Origin: Lama glama
Lineage: Eukaryota
NCBI GenBank assembly: GCA_028534125.1
Contig: CM052817.1
Location: forward strand, 91,638,001 to 91,702,000
DNA length: 64,000 nt
Direction of reading: 5' to 3'
In this document: positions 22,930 to 36,600 of the stretch, piece after piece
How the letters are laid out: the number at the start of each line of letters is the position of its first letter
Numbering within the stretch: position 1 is the first letter of the stretch
The notes under the pieces: model-generated
What the model was told of the DNA's origin: nothing
Databases searched by the model: none
What the model saw: only the letters and a program-made list of their open reading frames with translations
Made by a program: the position numbers and the translations under genes

Positions 22930-24325
22930 TGCGTATATACACCTCCAGCCCTGCACTGCCCTGAGCCCCAGGCTTGTTCACCCAGCTGCCCACTCAGCGT
23001 CTCCACTGAATGTCAAATTAGCCCCTCAAATCTGATGGGTCCAACACTGAGGTCCTGGACTCCCCTCTCAACTCTGTGCAGTCCACGCCTTCACCATCTC
23101 AGTGACTGGCGAGCACACTCTCACAAATGTTCAGGCTAAAAGAGCTGAAGAGTTATGGCAGTGAGCTGAATGGTGTCTCCAAGAGATGTGTTCACGTCCT
23201 AACCCCCGAGACCTGCGAACTTGAGCTTATTTGGGGAAAAGGTCTTTGCAGTTGCAATTAAGTTAAGGATCTTGAGATGAGATTGTGCTGAATTATCTGG
23301 GTGGGCCCTCAATCCAATGACAAGTGTCCTTACAAGAGACAAAAGAGGTGACACAGAAGGGAAGGCCATGTGAGGTTGGAGGTGGAGACTGGAGTCCTGC
23401 AACCACAAAGAATGCCTGGACCCCCCAGAAACTGGAAGAGGCAAGGAATAGAATATCCCCCAGAGCTTCTGGAGACAGGGCAGCCCTGATGACTCCTTGG
23501 TTTCAGATTTCTGGCTTCCAGAACTGTGACAGAATACATTTCTGTTGTTTTAAGCTGCCAAGTTTGTGGTGCTGTGTTTCAGCAGCCACAAGACTCTAGT
23601 AGGGTCTTCTTTAACCTTTCTCTTCTTTCTCTTTCTCTGGAGCCAGCCTCCCAGCAACTCCCATTGTCCTTTTTACAAAATACACCCAGAACCTGAGTGT
23701 TTCTTACCACCCACATTGCTGTCTACCTGGCTTGAGCTCTCAGCATCTCTTACCTGGAATATTGCAATCCTGTTAATCTCCCGGGTCCTGCCCTGGACCT
23801 CCCTGCTTCAGTGATCCTTTTAACATGGAAGTCAGGTCGTGTCATTCCTCTAGCTACCATCTCAGAGTAAGAGCCAACATCTTATCAACCGTGGGCTACT
23901 TGGCCTTTGAGATTTGGGCTGGCCTCTTTGATGTCTCTAACCTCGTCTTAGATGACTTCTCTCTTGAATATTCTGCTGTAGTCACTATGGCCCCTTTTCT
24001 CCTTATTGTATGTACCAGTCATATGTCTGCCTCAGGGCCTTTGCACTGACTTTTCCTTTTGTCTGAAACACCTTCTCCCCAGATACCTCCATGGCCAACT
24101 CCCGTATCTCATTCAAATGTTACATATTTCCTCAGTGAAGTTGTCTCTGACAATTCTACTTAAAATAACAACCCTCATACATGCTCTGTCCACCCTCTCC
24201 ATCCTCATATTGCCACCCACATACTGTATCTCTTGCTTGTTTATTTATTGTTTTTCTCTACCTACCAGAAGATGAGATCCCTATGGATAGGACATTTGGG
24301 GGATTTTTTTGTTCACTGCTGTAAT
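22930..24325 (-). mobile_element. L2 LINE fragment interrupted by MLT1
   Basis: L2 motifs ctcttacctggaatattgcaa, ctgcctcagggcctttgcact, tgttcactgctgta. Confidence 0.7.
23154..23600 (+). mobile_element. MLT1C/D (MaLR) solo LTR
   Basis: ggtctttgcagttgcaattaagttaaggatcttgagatg, ctggaagaggcaaggaa, ttccagaactgtgacagaatacatttctgttgttttaagc. Confidence 0.88.
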
Positions 24326-24839
24326 TTAGGACCAGGAACGAAACTTGACTCCAGGGTGAAGCCATGAGGTTGAAAACCACATATCACAGGGTTTCCCACA
24401 AGCTCTGTTTCCCATGGTGTCCACCAACTTTGCTGGGCTCCCTGTTGGAAACGCAGAGGGAACCACACAGGTTTTTAGGCTGGAAAAAGCCCTTTTCTGG
24501 CCACAGCATACTTTCCAGCACTCACACACTCCTCCCCAATGATCTTTTTAAGGGGCTTTACCCCTGTTTTAGTAGGTGCAAGTTAGTTGATCATCCCATG
24601 AAATAATCTATAATCCAGCTCTCAGGCAGTCTGTCATGACGAATTTCGCACCCTGGGAGAAGTGACCCTCCTGGCAGAGGGGGTGAATTTGGGCAAAGAA
24701 GAGCAATCCTCATTGCTGGCCATCAGGGCCGGAGAAAGTGGTCCAATAATAATTAGAAAAATATATCTATATATGCTTTCTATGTGCCAGACCCAGTTCC
24801 AAGGGCTTCACAACATTGACTCATTTAATTCTTATGACA

Positions 24840-26550
24840 ATTTTATTTTATGTATGCATGTACGTAAGAACACTTAACATGAGATCCTCTTAATAGGATT
24901 TTAAGTGTACAATACAGTGTTGTTATCTATAGGCACAGTATTGTAATCAGATCTCTAGCATTTATACATCTTGCATAACTGAAATTATATACATTGATTA
25001 GCAACTCCCCATTTCCCTCCCATCCTAGCCCCCGGCAACCACCGTTCTGTTCTCTGCTGCTGTAAGTTTGACTCTTAGATACCTCACATAAGTGGAATCA
25101 TGTGACTGGCTTATTTCACTTAGGATAATGTCCTCAAGCTTCATCCATATTGTTGCACATTGCAGGATTTCTTTCTTTTTAAAGACTGAATAATATTCCA
25201 TATTTTCTTTATCCATTCATCTGCCGATGGACATTTAGGTTGTTTCCACATCTTGGCTATTGTGATTAATGCTGTGACGAACATGGGAGTGTCAATATTT
25301 CTTTGAGATCTTGTTTTCAATTATTTTGGATAAATTGCCAGAACTGGTATTGCTGGATAATGTGGTAATTCTATTAAAAAAAATTGAGGAATCTCCATGC
25401 TGTTTTCCACAGCAGCTGCACCATTTTGCATTTCCACCGGTGGTGTACGAGGGTTCCAGTTTCCACATGCTTGACAACACTTGTCTTTTTTTTTTTTCAT
25501 AATAGCTATCCTAACAGGTGTGAGGTGATGCCTCATTGTGGTTTTGATTTGCATTTCTCTGATGATTAGTGATGTTGAATATCATTTCATGTACCTTCAT
25601 GTCTTCTTTGGAGAAATGTCTATTGAAGTCTTTAGCCCATTTTAAAATCAAGATATTACTTGTTTTGCTGTTGAGTTGTGGGCGTTCCTTACATATTTTG
25701 GAAATCAACCTTTTATCAGATAGATGGTTTGCAAATATTTTCTCCCGTTTCATAGGTTGCCTTTTCACTCTGTTGATAGTTTCCTTTGCTGTGCAGAAGC
25801 TTTTTAGTCCGATGTAGTCTCATTGTTTAATTTTGCTTTTGTTGCTTGTGCTTTTGGTGTCATATCCATGAAACCATTGCCAAGATCAATGTCATGGAAA
25901 TTTTCGCTTATGCTTTCTTCTAGGAGTTTTATAACTTCAGTTCTTAATGTTTAAATATTTAATCCATTTTGAGTTGATTTTTGTGTGTGATGTAAGATAT
26001 GGGTCTGGTTCCATTCTTTTGCATGTGAATACCTAGTTTTTCCAAAGTTAAAGAGATTATTCTTCCCCCATTGTGTATTCTTGGCACCCTTGTTAAGGAT
26101 CAGTTGACCTAGATGCATGGATTTATTTCAGAGTTTTCTATTCTGTTCCACCCATCTATATATTTGTCTTTTTGCCAGTACCATACTATTTTTTTATTTA
26201 ATTTAATTTTTTATTGAAGTATAATTGATTTACAATGTTAGTTTCGGGTGTACAGCAAAGCAATTCAATTATACATATACATACATATATATATACACAT
26301 ATATTTTCATATTCTTTTTCATTATAGGCCATTATAAGGTATTGAATATAGTTCCCCATGCTATATAGTAGGACCTTGCTGTTTATCTATTTTATATATA
26401 TTAGTGTGTATCTGTTAATCCCAAATCCTAATTTATTCCTCCCCCCATACTGTTCTCATTACATTAGTTTCCTGATATATTTTGAAATCAGGAGGTGTGA
26501 TGCCCCCAGCTTTGCTCTTCTTTCTCAAGATTGTTTTGGCTATTTGGGGT
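24840..26550 (-). mobile_element. Old L1 (L1M-type) 3' portion
   Basis: Antisense ORF2 remnants (MKRQP…[35 protein letters not shown]) and 3' UTR. Confidence 0.92.
26190..26444 (-). mobile_element. Younger L1 3' end nested in old L1
   Basis: T tail followed by ttgaagtataattgatttacaatg…; TSD ccatact(a/g)tt at 26181 and 26445. Confidence 0.85.
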
Positions 26551-27926
26551 TCATAACAACTTTAACAGATACTTACTATCTTTACCACCATTTTACAAAT
26601 AAGAAATATGAGGCATAGGAGATAAAATGACATCCCAAGGGCAATGCTTGTTTTCAGACACACACAGTGATTTATACTAGATATACACTCAACTCTTATA
26701 GTCTATTGCCTCCCATGTCTTTAAAACAGTCTTCATGTCTCTGCCCCATTCGAATATAAATATGTTTTCTTAACCTATTTTTCTCTAGAAAAAACAAACT
26801 GTAAAATCTCACCAACTGAAGAATCATCTTGCAAACAGTTGCATCTTCCAGGAGGCAGTTGCATCATAAGCCTCAGCCTGGCTCTTTGTAAGAAGCACTT
26901 TGGGGACGTCAGTGTCCCATGGGTATGTACCACTACTCAGTATTTTGAGCAAATAGGAAAGTGAAACTAGGAATGTACAAAACAAACAAAACCAGAGGGT
27001 GTTATTTTTTTTTTTACATCATAAAAGGGCTCTTTAATTTAGAAAGGAAACCAGTGTTGAGTGCCTATAAATAGCGGCTTCCTGATGCAAGTGAGGGCTT
27101 GTTTATTTGACGAAATGGTTGGGGTCAGAAACACTTCAAACTCAAATATTAGCAGGTGAGTGTGATATTTTGAAAATCATCAGAAATGATGATAAGTTAC
27201 TGTTAAAACAATAATGTGATGCGCGAGGAAAAAATTTATTTTCTCTGTCTTCTCAAATCAGCTTCAAATGATACTTTGGAAAACACATCTTTGATGTGAA
27301 GCTAAGCATACTCATACACTCAGCTGCCATGTGGAGCAGTCTGGCATTGCAACTCACACAGAATTAAAATCAGAAGACTGTGTAGCTGTCAGCATTTTCA
27401 CAAGATCAGGAGATAAAGTGAATCTGTTCACAGACAGACAGCCATACCCATAACTTCTCATTTATAAACAGCACACAGGCAGTCGTTTTATGTACATGGT
27501 TTGTTAAAAGATAACAACTTGATTTTCAATTTCAATGAAGGTTTAAGGGCTTTGGAAAGCACTGGAAGTCTTAGTTGTCATCAACAGCCACTTACAATAC
27601 ATTGTGAGTTTTCCGAGTGATAATTAAACTGGACCATAAAAACTATGGCTATCTGAGGAGAAAGGATTGTAGTAACCTAAAAGTTCATATTTCACAAGAA
27701 AATCTTAATAGTCAAAACAAAACACTCAAAGTGACATCAGCAAAGGCTTTGGAGGTTATGTGGTTTATGTCTTTTATTGAATTCATGCTTAAATACACCA
27801 TTCCAGTCGATTTCTTTTAATGGTAAGGAGAAAATTCAGTTTCCTCATGAGAATATCCCATAAAGCAGCAGGTTAACTAGATCTGTGTCAATCTTGCCAG
27901 ACTTAGGACAAGCGACCATTCACTTC

Positions 27927-27943
27927 TGCCACCAGAGGGCACC
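27927..27943 (+). promoter_or_regulatory. Candidate CTCF site
   Basis: TGCCACCAGAGGGCACC closely matches the CTCF core CCAC/GCAGRKGGCRC; lies in unique sequence. Confidence 0.65.
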
Positions 27944-28371
27944 AAAGCTCAAGTTGCTGGGAAAACTGCAAACCACAGGGTCACAGCCTCAGGGGACTAG
28001 AAAATCCCTGAAAGGCTATTCTGAGGTCTGTAGACAAGACCTTACCTAATTATTTCAGAGGACTGGGTATGTCTCCTACTTTGTTTTCATAGCCCGGTCT
28101 ATTATTTATCAACTCTCCCAGCCAAGAAATTCTCAGTACCAGCTCATGTATTTATCCAGCTCATATATATTTATTGAGCACTTGCTACATACCAGGCTCT
28201 GGGGAGCAGTGGTGGGCAAGAAAGCCGTTCTCTGCCCCCTTGAGCCTGCAGTCTAGAAGTGAAGAGAGACTTCAAATAAAACCTTACAATCCAGAATGAT
28301 GTGGGTTATGACAAGGGCAGACTGGGGCCATGGGAGCAGCGAGCAGGCGGCTCAACCTCGTCTGTGAGCTC

Positions 28372-28878
28372 ATGGATTCTTTTCCTGTGGCTCCTCTAAC
28401 AAATTATCACAAACCGGGTGGCATGAAAAATAAAAAGTTATTCTCTCACAGTTCTGGAAGCCAGAAATTGAAACTAGATGTTGGCATCACATCTTCCCAG
28501 GGCTCCAAGGAGAATCTGTTCCTGTCTGTCCCTCGTCTGGTGGCTCCAGGCATATCTTGGCTTGTGACTGCATCACCCAGTCTCTGCCTCTTTGGTCACA
28601 TTGCCTCCTCCTCTTCTCTGTGTGTCTACATTATAAGGATGCGTGTGCTTGCATTTCGGGCCTGTTATGGACTGAATTATGTGCCCCTCAAATCTGTATG
28701 TTGAAGCCGTAACCCCACTGTGACCATGTTGGGGGTCAGAGCCTTTAAGGTAATTCAGGTTAAACGAGTTCATAATGGTGAGCCCTATCCAATAGGACTG
28801 GTAGCCTTAAGAGGAAGAGACGTCAGAACTTTCTAAGAAAAGGCCATGAGATGACAGTGAGAATTTGGCCATCTGCTG
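28372..28878. mobile_element. Two MLT1 (MaLR) fragments: antisense 28372-28662, sense 28663-28878
   Basis: taacaaattatcacaaac…cacagttctggaagccag, then tgttatggactgaattatgtgcccc…tccaataggactgg. Confidence 0.75.
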
Positions 28879-28879
28879 A

Positions 28880-29285
28880 TTCCATTATACATATATATTC
28901 CTTTTCATATTCTTTTTTTTATTATAGGCCATTACAAGGTATTGAATATAGTTCCCTGTGCTATACAGTAGGACCTTTTTGTTTATTTATTTTATATATA
29001 TCAGTATCTACAAATTTTTAACTCCCAATTTATTTCTCCCTACACCCTTTCCCTCCTGGTAACCGTAAGTTTGTTTCTATGTCTATGAGCCTGTCTCTGT
29101 TTTGTAAATAAATTCATTTGTGTCCTATTGTTTTTTTTTAGATTCCACATGTAAGTAATATATTTGTCTTTCTCTGTCTGACTTGCTTCACTTAGAATGA
29201 CAATCTCCAGGTCCATCCATGTTGCTGCAAATGGCACTGTTTTATTCTTTTTTATGGCTGAGTGGTATTTCATTATATACATATG

Positions 29286-29325
<40 letters not shown>

Positions 29326-29365
29326 ATGTGGTATGTATATATACCACAACTTCTCTATCCAGTCA
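28880..29365 (-). mobile_element. L1 3' fragment containing a (CA)n
   Basis: ORF2/3' UTR remnant (PFAATWMDLEIVILSE); (CA)n at about 29288-29319. Confidence 0.9.
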
Positions 29366-29765
29366 GACAATGAATATGTTTAAATGCTGATGGAAAGAGT
29401 CTATAGAAAGGGAGAGACTGAAGATAAAAAAGGAGTGAATCCATCCCAGAGAAGGTAGTTGAGGAGAGTTCAGGGTCCAGGAGGACAGGATGGATGAGGA
29501 TGACCTGTCCATTGTAACCAGAGGAAAGGGGAAAGGTGGAAGAAGATGGGTGTGATGATTTGGTGGTACATGTTACAGGTGTTCTTTTCTGGCAGCATCT
29601 ACCAGATGGGGTGGGGTGATCTGCTGAGGGTGCTGTGGAGGGGAAAGGATTGCAGGTGGAGGTTTGCAGTAGTCACTCTGGAGATCAGGAGAGAGTTGAC
29701 TCAAGAAACAAGATGGGGCTGCAGAGGTCAAAGAGATGTTACCTGTGTAGTAATTGAGCTAGTTG

Positions 29766-30235
29766 TGTTACCAACCTGGGTTCCTGGATTCTGTAATCAA
29801 TAGAAATTGATGAGGCCAGACGAGAAATTTAGGCAAGGCTTTATTTGGACTCTTGCTGCAGCACAAAGGAGTGAAAACAAGTAACAGGTTCCCTTTCTCG
29901 CTCCCTGAGGTGGCGTGGGCTGGTCCCTTAAATGGGGTGAGGGTACGGGTGGGCCGGGGTCAGGCTGGAGGGGTGGCTTAGGTGGTCTGCCCACCCCCTT
30001 GCTGGTGCTGTGGGCAGGGATCATGCCTAGTAGCCTGGTTTTGCTCCTGACACCTCAGAAATGGCAATTGGGTTTTTGGTCTTTTTGTATCTTGTTGTTC
30101 GTGACTGGCCCCGACTGCACATGCACGCAGTTATTAGTCCCTTAGTTTATTTGTATTCTGTTGCTTAAAGAGATGTTTGTCTAGGTACAAGCACTGCAAT
30201 AAAGAGTCCCAAGTACCAGATCCCAGTCTGCCTCC
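29766..30235 (-). mobile_element. ERV1-type solo LTR
   Basis: Starts TGTTACC; antisense AATAAA (ctttatt); 4-bp TSD GTTG at 29762-29765 and 30236-30239. Confidence 0.8.
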
Positions 30236-31269
30236 GTTGGAAGGGTGAGAAGTTACTGTGGTAGGTATGATTTGCAAGGAGGAGTGGATCTGCTGCTATG
30301 AGGTTAAGGGTGTGACCATGAAGTGAGGAACTCTAGTCATTATGGTGGATCCTGAGGTGCCTTAAGATGCTGACAGGTCATGGAGTGGGGTCGAAGAGCT
30401 TAAATCAAGAGCCAAAATCTTCACTGGAAGACGGGAGCCTGTGTGGAGTGGGGTTTTGAAAATAAGGAGTCCCTGTGCCAGGAGGCTGGCCTGACTTTAG
30501 AAACAGTGCTCCTCTGTCTGACGAAGGTCTACAAACCAGTCTAAAGATGGCCTGTTTTTTTTTCAAACTGTGATACAAGCTAATTAAGATGTCTCAGCGT
30601 AAAAAATTTCCAAAAATAGTCTACCAAATGGTCCAGTCAACTGTGCAATAAATGAATGCAGCAGGGGGAAGAAATCTGCATAACAGTCAATGGTTGTCTT
30701 CATAAAAACGTTCCCTTAACACGTCAATGACTTCACTTCAAAGCCGAACTGTTTTTTTCCATTATAAACTGGTTTGCATTATCCATTCCTTGATTCCTTT
30801 TTTTAAGGGTGTTTAATCCAGAGTTGGCTAAATCTCTACTTTAAATGCCACAGTTAAGCCTCATAATTCATTTCTGTCTTAGTGGAAATGGAAGAGAGCT
30901 GACCACTATACTCGTCATAATAGCTTTTAATATCCTTATTGAAGGCAGCTATTAATTTCACACACTCTGCCTTTTTTTCCAAGCTAAATCCCACTTCTGT
31001 TATCTCTTTCACAGTGTATACTTCTCTACCCCTTAATAATTTTATATGCAAGCCTAAAAATCACCCTTTAAAAAGCAACAGATTTAATAGAACCATGTAT
31101 TTTTATTAAGAGCATCCAAAGACAGGTCAGTACGAGGACACTGGAGATACTACGTCTAGGAAAATTTCTACCTTAATATGGAATTATTTTTTGCATATAT
31201 AATTCCTGTGGGTAAGCCAGGGTGTCTCTTTCTCTGATCTTCAGCAGCATGAAACCAGTCTTAGAGTAC

Positions 31270-31440
31270 AGTCATGGCTACTGTACGTCATTAAGTGAGC
31301 ACTTACAATGTGCCAGGCTCTGGGCTAAGTATCGTATACATACCTCATTTAAACGTCACAAGACTCCTGTGAGGTCAGTATTTGTATTACCCCCATTTTA
31401 TGGACAGGGAAATGAGCTTAGAGTTTAGGTACATGCCTGA
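31270..31440 (-). mobile_element. MIR SINE
   Basis: tgagcacttacaatgtgccagg…ccccattttatggacagggaaatgag. Confidence 0.75.
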
Positions 31441-31782
31441 GGGGTACAAACAAATAAAAAGCAAAACTTGAATTCAAAGTTCGTTCAGTCTAAATAAACA
31501 ATCCATGCAGTTAATGAACTTTCTGCTGCTATGATAAGAATGTAGGATGAATGCGTGTGTGTGTGAAAGAGAGAGGTTGGTGTAGTAAAGATGTTCGGGG
31601 AGGGGCAGGGATAGGCATATATATAGAGAATAAAGAGTGTGGCAAAAGATTTGGGAACAAGTGAAGCAGAGAAGCACCAGAACTAAAAAAAATGTAAAGC
31701 AGCATAAATATGTATATATATATATTTAATGGCGAAACTACACAAGAAGGAGTGGGAAACCCTTATCCCTTCCAGAGTAGGC

Positions 31783-31957
31783 TTTTCCACTTTTTTTATT
31801 CCTTGGAAATTCATAGGAACAGTCTAGAATAAGTTTTCTTAACGATATTCTGACTTTCCTATCCACTTTTTTTATTTTTTCCACTTTTTTTATTCCTTGG
31901 AAATTCATAGGAACAGCCTAGAATAAGTTTTCTTAACGATATTCTGACTTTCCTATC
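31783..31957. repeat. 81-bp direct duplication with 13-bp spacer
   Basis: 31783-31863 and 31877-31957 are identical except for one substitution (gtcta/gccta). Confidence 0.95.
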
Positions 31958-32164
31958 TGTACTTATCTCTTCTCGGGGGGGAGGCCTGTAATTAGAAGCC
32001 CTGACTTCTCTTAGCCTGGGAGCAGACAAGTGACCCCGGTTAAGCCAGACAGATGTTTGCCTCACTTTGGAATTTGACTCTTAGGTGTGCCATCTCATCC
32101 CAGTGGTGGGTCCTCATCGGAATTTTTCTGCCACAGGGTTGCTCTTTAGCCTTTGAGCTTAAAT

Positions 32165-32453
32165 CTGGACTCTCAATTCTATTTCTTTGATCTATATGTG
32201 TTTCCTTATGCCAGTACCACAGTCTTGATTATTATGGCTTTGTAATAAGTTTTAAAATTAAGAACTCTGAGTCCTCCAACTTTGCTCTTATTTTTCAAGA
32301 TTTCTTTGGTACTTCTGGGTCCCTCGCATTTCTGTATGAATTTTAAGATCAGTTTGTCCATTCATTTCTATACAAAAAGGCAGCTGAGATTTTGATAAAA
32401 ATTGTATTGAGTCTGTAGATCAATTTGGGGAGCGTTGCCATCTTAACAACATT
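32165..32453 (-). mobile_element. Old L1 ORF2 fragment
   Basis: gccagtaccacagtcttgattat…cctccaactttgctc…atctgtagatcaatttgggg. Confidence 0.8.
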
Positions 32454-32983
32454 ATGTTAATGACATTTATGATAAGAATCTTTACATTTTACTCGGCCCT
32501 GCAGCTCAGTGTGTCTTAGTTGGCAATAGTACTTGAATTTGGGCCTCTATGTGTTGGCCCAGTGGGAATGGAAAACGGCTTGGCTGCATGTGATTCTCTC
32601 ATCAGTTGTTGAAACAGAGGCTTACAAGGACAATCTTTCTGGAATGTGCCCTTGACTAACTTATTTTTGTTATAAGAGAATTTATCCTTGTATGAACAAT
32701 CTTATTTCTGTTGGTGTCTACATGAATTTTACTTTGGGACCCCTGATTTGGGGTGGTGGTGCACAGCGAAAATGTTTAGTCAATTGATTCCTTGCTATTT
32801 GGAGGGAAGAAAAGTCAACACATCCTATTTTCCAGCAAAATTCATTGTGTTTCTAAGACTGTTCTTTGACTCTTCTGGTTTTAGCAAGGATCCCCAGATT
32901 GGGGGTTATATTCAGGTCATGTCCAGATTGGCCATGAGTTTTCGCATAATTCTTGGGGGAACGCCACAGATACAGTGTCAGGC

Positions 32984-33035
32984 TCCTGTATTAAAATAAG
33001 ATCCTGTATTAAAATGAGATATTAAAATGAGATAT
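32984..33035. repeat. Short tandem repeat of tattaaaat(a/g)aga unit, 3 copies
   Basis: cctgtattaaaataagat cctgtattaaaatgaga tattaaaatgagatat. Confidence 0.8.
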
Positions 33036-33054
33036 GACGATGCCAGGTGCACAC

Positions 33055-33640
33055 TAATGATAGCTAACGTTTGTTGAGGATTTAGCATGTTCTGGATAGG
33101 GAGCATTATCCTAATTAAGTCTTACAGTGTGTTTGAGAGCTAGGCATTACCATCATCCTACCAATATTGTTCTTGAGGAAACCAGGAGGATTAGGTAACT
33201 TGCCCCAGGCTAACAGCTAATAAGTAGAGTTGCTGGAAGTTGAACACAGGCAATTTGATTTCAAAGCCCATACTTTGCGTTATGGATCATAATAGATACT
33301 CAATAGATGCATTCTTCCTTTAATTAATTAATTTATTCAATCAATCAATCAGTAGGTGTTTGTTCACTGATTGGGCTTAGTAATTATCAGTAAGCAAAAC
33401 AAAGAAACTTTCTGTCCTATTAGGGGCTTACCCTCCAGTGGGGGCCAAGACAATAAACAACCAACAATTAACATACTAAACATATATTAAACAAGTCAAT
33501 CATAAAGTATGTTGGAAGGTATTAAATATAACGAAAAAAATGAAATAGAGCAGGTGTAATGGGGGCTGGGAGTGGGTATATGTGGATGGGCTTCATTGAG
33601 GGGGTGTCATGGAGCACAGATTGAAGGAGAAGAGGGAGTT
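33055..33640. mobile_element. MIR followed by L2 fragment
   Basis: gaggaaaccaggaggattaggtaacttgccc (MIR); tcaatcaatc…taagcaaaacaaag…gggcttcattgagg (L2). Confidence 0.55.
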
Positions 33641-36600
33641 CCTTGGATTCCTATCCCAACCCCCTTTTTTCTATACTTGTAAACATTTTTCACTGAAATT
33701 TAATCCAGAGTAATATCTGCCACCTCCTATCCAGGGGGTGATATTGTATTTGCTGTACTATCTATAGGCTCCTTGGAATTTTCACTAAGCAGAAGACTCA
33801 AAACTTAGGTTATCAAGTTACTGGAAAGTGTAAGTAATAATAAATAGCTTGGCGTCAATCATTTGGACATTAGGTGAAAACGGAGTTCCCCACCCCTCAC
33901 CTCGCCACCAGCGTATCTGATTTATGTACGTATGTTGACTCGGACATCTATAAAACTAAGGGCAAGATAATCATCACAGGCAACCGACACAGAGAACCAG
34001 ACGAGAAGCTCATGAAAAATGAAACCAAACACCTGTTTCCTCTCCAGTCTTGGTTGCAGGCAAACATTTTCCAGTGGAGACAGCAGAATATATGAGAAGT
34101 ACTGCGGGTTGGCTGGTTTGTTTTGGGCTTCACTTTAGATGCCTGGTGTCTTGATAGAAAATATTTATTGCACTGCTCTTGAGAAATATTTTGGTATGTC
34201 ACTTATTACAAAAAGGAGAAAGGAATCAAACCGGCATCAAACATACACACGTCTGGGCTGAGCTGCCAGTTTGTTTCAGTCCTTCACCGGATTGCCAGCT
34301 CCCTGAGGCCAGGGTGTGTGTCTGTCTTGGTGATGCTCGATACTTGTTTGTTGACTTAAAGGATGACGAAGAGAAAGAAGGAAGGCAAGAAAGAAAAAAT
34401 GGCAAGACAGAAAGAAAAGAAGGAAAGAAAAGAAAAGAAAGAAAAATAAAGAGGGAAGAAAAAAAAGTGGATTCTTTTTATTCAGTTGCCTTAGATATAT
34501 ACTGAGTGGCATTTGAATAGAGGGTAGTATTGTAAGATTAGGCTGTAGGGACAAACCATTTAACTTTTGTGCTGTTTGTGTACTAATTGCTTTTTGACTG
34601 TGACAATTGTGAAAGAGGCGTTTGTGCTTGCAAAGAGTGACAGTAATTCACTCTTTTGTTGGTATGCTAATGCCTGTCTTCGGGAGGTGAAACTCAAAGC
34701 AGTGGCAATAATGTTCATGAGGTTTTTTTCTGGACAGCCACGTCAATCAGTATTTGACCATATATGTATTGGGGCTGAGAAAAGATCCTTTTATTAGTGA
34801 TTTCCAAATTGCAGAAATCAATCTAATTGTCTGTGACCAGCAATTACAAAAAAATGGTACAGAACAGAAACGAATAGAACAGCCGAGAGCGCCTTGTGTG
34901 CTGTGTGTGTTACCATCACATCCATGTGTACTGGATGGAGAGGTACAATGCATTGCTTCCTGTGAAAGGCGTTTCAAAGAAAAGTTTGAAGCTCAAACTT
35001 CTAGTCAGTGAAGTGACTGGATTGGTATAGGGATGATCCCCAGGTCACGAGGAAGCCACTGAAATCCTCCTGAAGCTCAAATCGTATTGAGTTTAGTAGA
35101 AAAGCACTGAGCTTCTATCCTGGTTCAAATCCAACCACGAGCACTGACTCTGAGCTTTTGTTTCCTTATGCACAAGATGGAATACGAGTAGTATCCACTT
35201 TATAAAGTTGTTTCGAGTATAAAAAATGAATTAATATGTGTGAAGTGCTTAGAGGAGCACTGGTGATTGTTACTGGGGTGCTGCTGCTGCTGTTAGGGGA
35301 TGAGCACCAGGGGAGAACGTATGTGTACCGATGTCTTGTTTAACCCGAGACTGAGTATGAATTTCAGCACATGCAATACTTTGTACCTTATTAGAAGTTG
35401 AGTCTGGCTTTTAAGGAGAAATACCCACCATCTTAAAAACCAACCATCTTCCTAGATGTCGTACATAAGATCATGTGCAGTAACTGGAGGGCACATTTTA
35501 CTTGGATATGCAGTAATTTTTTTGTTTGCTTGTTTGTTTTCATTTTTTAACTTTTAAAATTTGAATGCCCTTAGGCAGGGTCTTGTACTCTCTCACTTAC
35601 CCCAGTCCTTGTCACTTCCTATTGGCTTCGTTTGGCCACTTGACAAGTTATATTACCTGTCTGGTTCCTGGATGCCTTTGAGTTTTAAATCCCTGCTAAA
35701 GACACAAGTGCCTCTAACTTCCTCACTCCGCGCTGAATTCCTCTTCAGATTTAGATCTTTAAAGTGAATCAACACATTATCACTTAACTGGCTTCCCCCT
35801 TTCCTGCATGTCTCCTGGCAGTTTACCCGGGATGCGGAGGGCAGCGGTTGCTCTGCTGTAAGCATCGTATCCAGCTCCCTTGTGGAAGCCACTCTGAAAT
35901 GGAAAGAAAGGCTTCTTTGAAGCACATATTTTGCCAGGCACAAAGCCACACACATCCGCCCAGGGACGACACCAGACTCCTGTACTGAATTCCAGAATTC
36001 TTAAGAATTAGAGGAGGTGTGGGAATTCTCTGTGTTGATATTGTAACCGAGAGAAAAATGAAATATATGTAAGTTGGTATATTACGGGCCTTAGCTCTTT
36101 TTAAACAAGGTCTTGACTTTAGATGGCACTATTTGCTAAAAAGCCAGCAATGCCACACGTATTGAGTCTAATTTATCACCACACAGATTCCTGTAGAGAG
36201 GTGGGTGGCAGAGATTTGAGGAAGGTGTAGCCACCAAATGGCTGCTTACACTAAAAAAACCTAAGGTTGTGTAGCTGAAAAAGCCATGGGTTTCAACCAT
36301 TCCGTGAAAAAGCACAGAGGTCTGACTTTTCTGGTTAATCTGGTGGATGTAGTTGGCCCAGAGCTGTACCATGTGGCCATCCCCATTGATAACACCTGCC
36401 ATTTCACTTAGGGTTGCATAAGGACTCCCGAAGTCTACAGTTCCCTCAAGGGCCATTAGAGTCACTGAGGAGAAAAAAATGCTTCAGAAAACACAGCGTG
36501 AATAATGGCAGCGAGAGAAGTTTCTGGTTATAGCCCACTCATATATTTTTGAAATGTAGGTCAGATCTAGAGGAAGTGAAAGAAACTTCCTGTTGAATTT

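Noticed and set aside
30854..31051. 65-aa minus-strand ORF with protein-like composition
   Set aside because: No family recognised, non-ATG start, no supporting exon structure.
34365..34470. Lys/Glu/Arg-rich ORF segment
   Set aside because: Translation of a GA-rich low-complexity tract.
36136..36465. 109-aa minus-strand ORF
   Set aside because: No recognisable homology or processed-pseudogene hallmarks (poly(A), TSD).
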